NCBI RefSeq assembly: GCF_000181795.1
Contig: NW_003526943.1
Location: forward strand, 3,540,132 to 3,560,131
Length of the DNA stretch: 20,000 bases
Origin: Trichinella spiralis
Lineage: Eukaryota
Direction: 5' to 3'
Below are positions 1 through 8,448 of this stretch, piece after piece (positions within the stretch are counted from its first letter, which is position 1; the number at the start of each line of letters is the position of its first letter). The notes beneath the pieces were generated by a model. The model ran no database searches. It had not been told where the DNA came from and saw only the letters and a list, made by a program, of their open reading frames with translations. Both the position numbers and the translations under genes were made by a program.

Positions 1-974
1 AAATTGGATAACTTGTCCATTGCACTGCGATTCAATTTGTCAGAAAAATGAATTTCAGTCTAGCTAAAGTCGAAAAAAATTATCAATTTTAACTGAAACA
101 GAATTTACAAATGTGAACAATAATCGAAAGTTCAGATCATGCTTACTATACTGAATGAATTGTGCAATGAGAACTAAGTGCAAGTGTTGCAAAGCTAAGT
201 GCAAAAGCAAAAAAGAAATGGCCAAATTGGGCAGAACAATAAGTTACAATAAACCAACATGTCAAAACGTGTCTGGGGTACTGGAACAAAACAAAAAGCA
301 TTATTAATTAATAAGTAGGTCAAGACATGAAATTCGAAAATAAACCAAAATGACAAACATGGTGCAAATATATATTATTTGAATATACAAAATATAGCGT
401 AAAAATCACAACACCGAAGGTAGATAGCGTTGGGGATAGAAAATCATTTTTGAATTTTAAAAAAATGTAGGACTACCGTAATATTGATTATCAAGTGTAA
501 TTAATGCATGACATAAAAATTTAATATTTTAGTATAAAGTTACATAAATGATTTTAGAAAATTTTTTAAAAATATTTATAAATAATTTACTCAAGTTTTA
601 TTATTTTCATTTTTTTATTTCTTCAAAATATGACTAGTCCAGCAACTATTCGTGCAAAATTTTTCTTAAATCTTATGTAATATGCATTTCATGCGATGCT
701 GCTGCAGAAATAGAAAAGGAAAATAATTAATTATAATTTTGTACAAATTATACTTTCAAATATGCACGTGTTTCCAAATTATCATAAATATTAACAACTT
801 CATCACTATAAAAAAACATTGAAAGCACAAAAAACAGAATATAGTGTTTATTTGTATATGTCGACAAAAATCACCGCTGTGATCATGTTGCACAAGATGA
901 CATTTTTCAAAAATCAAATAATTTACAGACTTTTTTATTTCAAAAAATTTTCTATCACAATACATTTTTCATTG

Positions 975-2800
975 TTACTTCGATTTCGCGTGGCGACGCG
1001 CTTTTTCTTTTCTTCCTTTGCCACTGAAATTGCCTTTTCCTCTGTAACGAGCCATCTGTTTGATTTTAGTTTTCGACACTTTCTTTTTAGCTTTTCCATC
1101 TTTTCCATTTTCAGCATTCCGTTCACGATTTCTAATAAACAAAAAATTACAAAAGTAATAAATCTGTACAGGCAAATAATGGCGCAAATAAGAAAAAATG
1201 TTCTACTTTTGCTCTTCAGCTTGATTCTGCATTTTTATAGCCTAAAAGAAAAATATGCTGCTGTTATTATTAACATCATATAACTTGAAAACAATAAATC
1301 CAACGTTGAAAGGATAAGCTACCTTGTTAACATTTAAAATCTCTGTTTTGGATTGCATTGCTTTCAGGGTTTGAAAATATCGATCCTTTTCTTCCTGTGC
1401 GGATATTTCGTTGGGCAAGAACTACAACGCAAACAATAATAATGCATGCAGAACAGAAATTTCAAACAAAAATGAAAAACCAAATAGACATTAATAATAA
1501 TAAATTAAAAAACTGATAATAAAATATATAAAATTATTATTCCAAGTACTTTATTCTTTTTTCCTTTATTTTTTGGTGCTTTTTCTCCACGCAATTTTTC
1601 GGCGAATTTTCCCATCGATGCGGTTGCAAGTCGTGCTCGTTCCACTTTGTGTGCTACCTGAAATTTTGCAAAAATACAAATATGCCCAAACAGAGAAGAT
1701 CAGAATTTTAAATTTGCCTCTTCTTTCGTTTTAATCACACTTTCCAATCCCACGCCAATGTGCGGAAGAGCTGAAACAACATGTCTGATGAATTTTCAAA
1801 TCAAATGCAAAAAAATCAAAATTCAATTTTACACGATAACACAGAAGAAGATGATCCTTTCACTCTGCGAGAGATATTTTTCAAACGACGAAGTTCATTT
1901 TTAGCTATCCTTTCTTTCTTCGCTTCTTTCCGCTCACCAAAATAATCCACATACGGATCTGAATGACATGATTAGATTTTCATTTTCAATTTTCAAATTT
2001 CTACCAACCCTTCTGTCTTGGTATTTCAATTAGCCAATCTTTTGTATTATCGTTGGCCCTATTGTAACCCCAACGTGGTTTCCAATCCTTGAATTGATGC
2101 TTCTTTTCAAAGAAAGAAAGAAAAAAAAATCTCTGACAAAAAAAAATCACACCTGAGCAGCTTCGTCCCAAATCATTCTCGTCCTCTTCCTCTTCTGTAT
2201 ACCTTTCATTTTTGCATATTCTTCCCATTTTGTAGGAGGCGCTTTTTTAGGAATCTAAACAGCAACGTATTCTATTTATATGCACAGACAATAGTTAATC
2301 CACTGAAAAAATATTCAGTGTCTCTTTCAATTACTGGCTTTTCACGAGGCAATCTTGACGTTGGTGCTGGAAGCTGAATAAACAAATCATAACAATTAAA
2401 TGAGAACATGTATGCAAGGTAAAATTGCAATGTATGCAAAAAAAACTACCTCTACAACGATAGCATCTTCTATTCGTTGAGTGGGCAACTGAAGTAAAAA
2501 TAAAAAGTTTTGAAAAACGTGAAAAACAAAAATAACATCACTCAACCTCCCAAAGTTTATTGGCCATAAGCTGTACGCTTTCGCGAACTTTATTCATAAC
2601 GGCCATTTCCGTATTTTCTCTATAAAAAGAAGAAAAAAAACAATATATATGCATATTTTACATTAAAAAAACCAATCAACAAACTTCATCAAATGCTGAT
2701 CCACAGGCTCTTGTTCATCAACAAGCAAATTGCCAAGATCAATCAATGGATCAACGGCTCTCGTAATGTTCAAACCAGTATTACAAGTCGGCTCGACCAT
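975..2800 (-). CDS. RRS1: Ribosome biogenesis regulatory protein RRS1 homolog (multi-exon)
   Basis: The spliced translation from the ATG at 2800 includes [101 protein letters not shown] and [14 protein letters not shown], all recognisable RRS1 motifs. It ends in a Lys-rich last exon (1131-975, ...RRHAKSK*). The splice junctions I checked are phase-consistent. Confidence 0.93.
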
Positions 2801-2978
2801 TGAATCAAAAAATATGCAACCCTCCTTTATTCGAAATGAATAAATAATTAATAAATTAAACAGAATAAACAAAATAAATATTCCAGTCGAAACAAAATAC
2901 GACTACTGACTATGCGAATAACAAAAGTGTTGAAAAGTGAACAACATTTTGCGGAATTTTTTATTTTTTTACGAAACA

Positions 2979-5900
2979 TCAGTCATGATCATTATCATGA
3001 TTGTAACTGTCGTCAACAGCTTCGACCCAATAGCTGGCTACCCGACCCAAGTTGTACAAATCATCGTTCACCATTCCTTCAAAATCGAGAGAATAGGGAT
3101 CGAATAATTCGGAAAATTTTCCCCCCATCGATTGTCCAATAGTGTAAGAACGTTCAGGGTCGGTGAACAAACTGTCCAAATTGATGCAAGGTTCGAAAAC
3201 ACTTCGTTCAACCATTTTCAACAGATTATGATCTTCTTCATCGCAATCATTAATTACAGCATGCGCTTCACGCACATCGACAACATCTAAAAATGAATAA
3301 CAACATATGAAAATAAACAAATAAAATTCAAAATATCTATTACTATCCGGAACATGCTCTGACGTGGATTTCTTTGATTTGCTATTTCGAAATCTCATCA
3401 TCCACGGATATCTGCATGCAAACAGCATATCACTACCTCGTTGATTGACGCCAGTAGGTCGGACATCCTCGGCCGGTGAATACGTATCTTTCTAAAAATA
3501 ATATTTAAAAAATACAACAAAAAACAGTTATTAAAATAAAAATTCATTCACAATTTTCATAAAAACGTTCGGTATGAGCAAGAGATCTTTGACCATACGA
3601 CCGCTGACTTGGTCCACGACACAGAGCTCGTTGCGAATGTCCATCAGCGCCAGACCCCAATGATTGACGCCGAAAGACTTCGGCGCCGGGCAGTGTCCGC
3701 GCATCCAGTGGAACAGCAACGATGCGTTCGCGCCCACTTCCACGCAAAATTCGGATAACTTGTCGCGGTCCATTCCGCAGCCCAGCCAACCGTCCTCAAC
3801 AGCATCGCAGTAGACCAGCAAGCTGGTCCCAGTTTGGTGTAGTGCCCGGGCCCAATTGCCGTCCGAGGCGAACCGTGCCCGGGCGCAACAGCGAACAGCG
3901 GCTAGGCCGGCGGTCGAGGCGCGCCAACGGACCCACTGTCCAGTTCGGCCGGCGTGATCGATGGCGTTCAGCGCGGCCGTCTGGCAACGCTGGGCACTGG
4001 CCAGCTGCACGACGCTATTGCCAACGTGGCCCAATCCCAAGGCGCGCAAACATTGGAACCAGTAGCAGTGCAACGGCGAGTGGAACTTTTTCCCGTCCGC
4101 TGTGACCAGGCCCCCACAACTGAAGCCCGGCCCGAGCATATGGGCCGAATCAAACGCGAGAACCTGGGCAGGGGCGTAATCGCCAGCGTCGCCGAGCTGC
4201 TGCTTGCCACGCCCGCGGTTTTTCTCCAACTGGCCATCATCTCCGCGCACGCGCATCAACAGCATTCCATAACGATTGGCGCCCACTGCCCAGGGACGAT
4301 AATTTGGCAACTCTTCGTGCCACCAGTCGACCAAAGTCTCCAAGTCGACTTGCCATTTCAACATCCAACAACGCAAGCTGTGCAACGACCTCACGCCGGC
4401 GCCGAGCACCGAACCCATACGATCGCCGGCCAACAGCACGCCGGTCGGCCACGACCGTCTCGACGCTGACCACTGGGCTGCTTTGCAACGCCAAGCGGCT
4501 TCGTAAATCGCCTCGCGTTCGGTCGACCAAAGCAACGATTGGAATTTCTGCTCGCCAAAACGACTGGTCACAAATTCTCGGACCAAATCCTCAACTTGAC
4601 CAGGATCCGGCTCGGACAACAGTCGACGTGCAATGTCGCCCAGCGGCTCGTTTCCGCCGAGCAGTTCGACCAACAGCGTGAACCAGTGGAAATGGTCGAC
4701 TGAATAGAAAACCAAACCTGCCGTTCGAAACGGTTCAAAGTAAGTCACGCCCAACGGTCCGTCGTCCACCAGCACCAACTGATCTGAACAGCTTTCTAAC
4801 GGAGTTTGTTCTTCATTCGCTGTAGTGCAGAGTCGAGCCAACGGTGCTGTCTCGACGTCCAAATTGTCGAACGTTCCTTGCCGGCACCGCAGCTCGTCTC
4901 TCACTTCCATCAGTAGAATGCCCAGCTTGTTGGAGCCGAGTTTTGGAAAACCCGGTATCAAATTGGACCGTGTCCAGTAACGTCGCAACAATTCCGCCGA
5001 CAGACCGTTGCGTTGGATCCAAACGACGAAAGCGCGTTGAGAAGAATGAGCGCAGCCGAACGAACTCGGACACCAGCGATCGACCGTCGGTATAATCAGC
5101 AATGCGTTACCAGAACCAAGCAGAGCCAGGCGGCAGTGTTCGTTTTGACTCAACTTGGCCACCAATGCCCGGCGGTACAATTCCAATCCATGCTGTTCAA
5201 GCCACATCTGGCGCGCATCTGCAAACACATGGCCAACGGTATTGGCAAACTGTTCCTCCGCTCTGGCCTTCACGTACTCATCAACGGTATTGTAAGTGGC
5301 TCCGTCCAGTTGAAATGTCGCCAAATAATTAAACGACAACGGACTGTCAGCATTTACGAACATCGCATTTTCTACAACTGACAGACTACTCTCTGCATTG
5401 TCCATGTCAATGCATAGAGGACAACTGAGCATTTCTCAAAAGAAAAACATTTAAACATCAATCTTAATCTTTCTCCAATATGCAGTCAAATCAAGATAAA
5501 CTATTGAAAATGTTGTTCAATCACATTTAAACATTAAACAAAACAGATTCTACACACAATTTATCAAAACATAATCATTGCATAACTTTTGGGACAAAAA
5601 TAGTTTTATGATTATCATACATCTCGATCAATCATGCTTTATGAGAGAACAAAAAAATGAAGTATACAATAAGTATATAACTGCTGAAATATTTTCTCAT
5701 GCTTTATATAATAACATACTGAAGAAAAATAATCCTGCAAAAATATAAAACTCACTTACTGCATGTTTCCCTGAACAGTGAAGGCATTAAACGACTGCGC
5801 ATTTCCATCAAAAGCATGCCATTAATATTTGCTCCAAGAACAGATGGACGAAACGAGGGATGAGTCAACCAAAAAACAATTGTTGCTGGTTTGAGATCCT

Positions 5901-7573
5901 CTTTTTGGCACCAATTTTCAAAAGCAACAGAATTCATTCCAATTGACCAATCTTTATCAAATGAATTTACTTCGAGAAGAAACAAAGTACCAGTTTCCAA
6001 GAGAAGATCTTTCAACTCTGAATATTGATCGAACTTTCGTTCCAAGGCTTTTTTGAAAGCACTTTAAATAATTTATCATCAAATCAAAAAATAATGTGTT
6101 GCGCATCAAATTAACCTCAACATTCGCTCGGATCGCCACTTCTGTATGTCCTCCGGTGGAAGAGTGGCGCATATTTCATTGATAAATAATCGCAATCTGT
6201 TTCGACGACGACAACTTTTAACTTCCTTTGCGGCGTCCATTCTATTCATATCCCTAAAAATGTTCATCTTTTTTACAATTAAAAATTGTACAATTCCTTC
6301 TTACCGCAAAAATTGTGCTGCAATGTAATGTTCAATAGTATAATAAAGCGTTTCACCTGCTACTACAGGCATCTCAAAAGTAGTTGACAAAGGTGCAAAA
6401 CAACGTTCAAGAGTCAAAAATTCAAAAGAATACACATTTTCTCCACATTTAAGTTTGTCAAAGCAGTTTTTTCTCCAAACATTGCTCGTTCCTTAAAAAA
6501 TAACTCATAATTTCATGTAAAAATAGAATCATTTTATTAAACCTCTTGAACTGGATTGGAATGTTTCACGTGAATCGGAAAATTTGTCGACTAACTGCTT
6601 GAAAGGAACTACTTTATCTTCACTGCTAAACAATGAACACGACAATTTGGGCAATCCAAGAAATTTTCTTCTTAAATGCATCAAAGCAAGTCCGTTTATA
6701 TTCGTACCCCACCAAGCAGGTATAAAACCATTTGTTGCAGGTAGAACGGAAAAGCTTTCCAAAATGTCGGTTTCTGAAAAATGCATTCCACAGCCCTGTA
6801 GAAGCCATTTTCGAAGCAAATGTTCATCTCCCAAAATGCCAAACAACCAGTCCGCACTGCATTCAACGATAATACCATCTTCAAGAGAAAGTAGAATGTT
6901 TTTCAAATCTGAGTTCTGCGAAAAACTTTCTTTGTAATAGTCAACTAATGTCGATCGACTGAATTCCACCAAGCCATTCACAACACCATACCGCTTTTTG
7001 TTGTGCATACTGTTCGCATTTAAAACTACATTCAATACAATGCTGTACGCGTCAACTGCAGATGCAGCGTTGACATTCCTCTTCGTTTCCCAATCGTCGA
7101 CATCTGAAAAATGAAATATATCACAACAGAAGTACAGAAACATAATGTATGCAATATTCGCAATCAGGATAAAACTTTCGTTAACAAAATAAATCGAATA
7201 ACATCGAGCATAGCATTCAAATAAACACGACAATTTTCATCCACTGAAAGTTAGTGTTAGAACAACTGCTGCATATTCGTGCACTGCAAAAACTGAAAAG
7301 CAAGGTAGTTTGAAAATTAAAGAGTACATTCAAATGCTTATGTGACCTGCGATAAAGCATTAATTCTATATTATTAATATTTTAAAAGACGTGCATTGGT
7401 GAAGAAGGATCTTTATAACTTTACGTTACTTTACCTAGCTCACGAAGCAACTTCTCTGCCCAAAAATGGATAAAAGAAAGATAAAGGTTTCCATTTATTT
7501 TTACTGAATATTCATGAAAAACTGATAGCGGATGCTTTTGCTTTGAAATAGTAATTACATTATATTGAGCCAT
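2979..7573 (-). CDS. Protein with five tandem NADAR (YbiA/DUF1768)-like domains and an acidic C-terminal tail, ~1216 aa
   Basis: Phase-consistent 8-exon model: 7573-7435, 7103-6543, 6491-6305, 6253-6116, 6061-5760, 5434-3567, 3491-3344, 3286-2979 (3651 nt). Repeat 2 reads APLSTTFEMPVVAGETLYYTIEHYIAAQ...KFDQYSELKDLLLETGTLFLLEVNSFDKDWSIG...GANINGMLLMEMRSRL, matching the NADAR consensus LSNF..TxEHY..KFxQ..LLxTG..E..DxxWGxG..GxNxLGxxLMxxR. The terminal GxNxxGxxLMxxR motif occurs five times. The exon 1-2 join, the exon 5-6 join and the exon 6 donor are the least certain parts. Confidence 0.8.
3567..5434 (-). other. Large intronless GC-rich exon carrying NADAR-like repeats 3-5 (approx. 5366-4890, 4778-4245, 4163-3624)
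   Basis: Corresponds to the 633-aa ORF 3531..5432. Repeat-end motifs are GSNKLGILLMEVRDEL, GANRYGMLLMRVR and GVNHWGLALMDIRNEL. Hand-counted GC in sampled 60-nt lines is 33/60 (line 5161), 30/60 (4321) and 43/60 (3841), versus 18/60 in exon 5 (5941). Confidence 0.85.
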
Positions 7574-7874
7574 GTTAACTGTTGTCTTTAATTTCGTATT
7601 TCTATACAAATACTCGTTAACATAAACATTAAGTAAATCAACCACATTTAAATATTATACAATGAACAACATTACGGTAATAATTAGATTTTCAAGAATA
7701 AATACTGAACTGCAGCAATAAAAACTTTCTTGCATGTTAATGACAGTAGCAATTTTAGTTCATTTTAAAAATATTTTTTATTCATATTCAAAAATAAAAT
7801 ACTGTAACGTAAATTAAATCCAGAATCGGCAGTGATAAAATCAGGAATTACTATGTTTTTCTTTTAATACTTAC

Positions 7875-8261
7875 GGGAATGTTTCAGGAAATTGCAGAAT
7901 ACATTAATGCATATAAAATAAATTTTATGAATTATGAAATGTTTGACACATTGTATTTTATGAACATATTTTATGAAATAGAAACGTTTAATTAGCAAAA
8001 ACTGGAAACAGCATTAAAAATGCTGGATGTGAAGATTAATTATAAATTAATTTTTTAGTCTTAAAAATAATGCAAATACTGCTTAAATAAGTTTACTTTT
8101 CAATTAGTTAATTAATCAACTCCAAGTTAATTAGTTTATACCTGCATTTCACTTGAATACCATTTTTTATTTGTTGGTCACCTTAAAAAAATATAGTTTT
8201 TAGCATTTGTGTCGAAAATTTATTATGAATACGGTGAAACATTTTAAATTAACACAAAGTG
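7875..8261. promoter_or_regulatory. Probable bidirectional promoter region between the divergent NADAR gene and NOM1
   Basis: The two genes are head-to-head, with start codons at 7573 (-) and ~8449 (+). Perfect GTAAGT donors point outward at 7874-7869 (-) and 8262-8267 (+), suggesting 5' UTR exons on each side of an AT-rich core. No specific promoter motif was identified. Confidence 0.35.
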
Positions 8262-8448
8262 GTAAGTTGTTTCTGTATTATACAGTGCGTAATCCAACAG
8301 AAACAGTTGTTGTTTATACAAATATGCTTTTTTATAAAAATTTTGAATTGTTAATTGTTTGAAATAATTTCTGTATAAATTTTGGAAGTTTGCAATTTAT
8401 ATCATTAATTTATTGAAGTTTTGCATGTGTAATTTTTCCACAGATTTT

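Noticed and set aside
1..30. Possible start of another minus-strand gene (CGCAG TGCA ATG GAC AAG TTA TCC AAT) at the window edge
   Set aside because: Only six codons are visible, which is too little evidence.
174..205. CTAAGTGCAA repeated twice
   Set aside because: Two copies of a 10-mer do not indicate an array or element.
935..1126. Alternative basic ORF as the RRS1 last exon
   Set aside because: The splice phase from the preceding exon (CAA AA|A AAT CGT) selects the frame ending at 975.
819..1283. 154-aa Phe-rich ORF on the + strand
   Set aside because: It is the antisense of the Lys-rich RRS1 3' exons plus AT-rich intron and UTR sequence.
3544..5381. Multiple overlapping alternative-frame and antisense ORFs (e.g. 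3722..4105+, 3954..4469+, 4304..4681+, 5013..5381+)
   Set aside because: Shadow ORFs are expected in GC-rich coding DNA where stops are scarce. They are Arg/Pro/Ser-rich and show no recognisable motifs.
3531..5432. GC-rich ORF as bacterial contamination, a prophage gene or a transposon
   Set aside because: It is bounded by phase-compatible splice sites and shares the insert seen in intron-containing repeats 1-2. I saw no transposase or RT motifs, terminal repeats, or a neighbouring DarT-like toxin.
7236..7285. Possible small extra exon in NADAR intron 1 (TTTGCAG|TG CAC GAA TAT...)
   Set aside because: It runs into TGA unless a weak GTGGAT donor is used, and direct exon 1-2 splicing is already in phase. 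It is not fully excluded.
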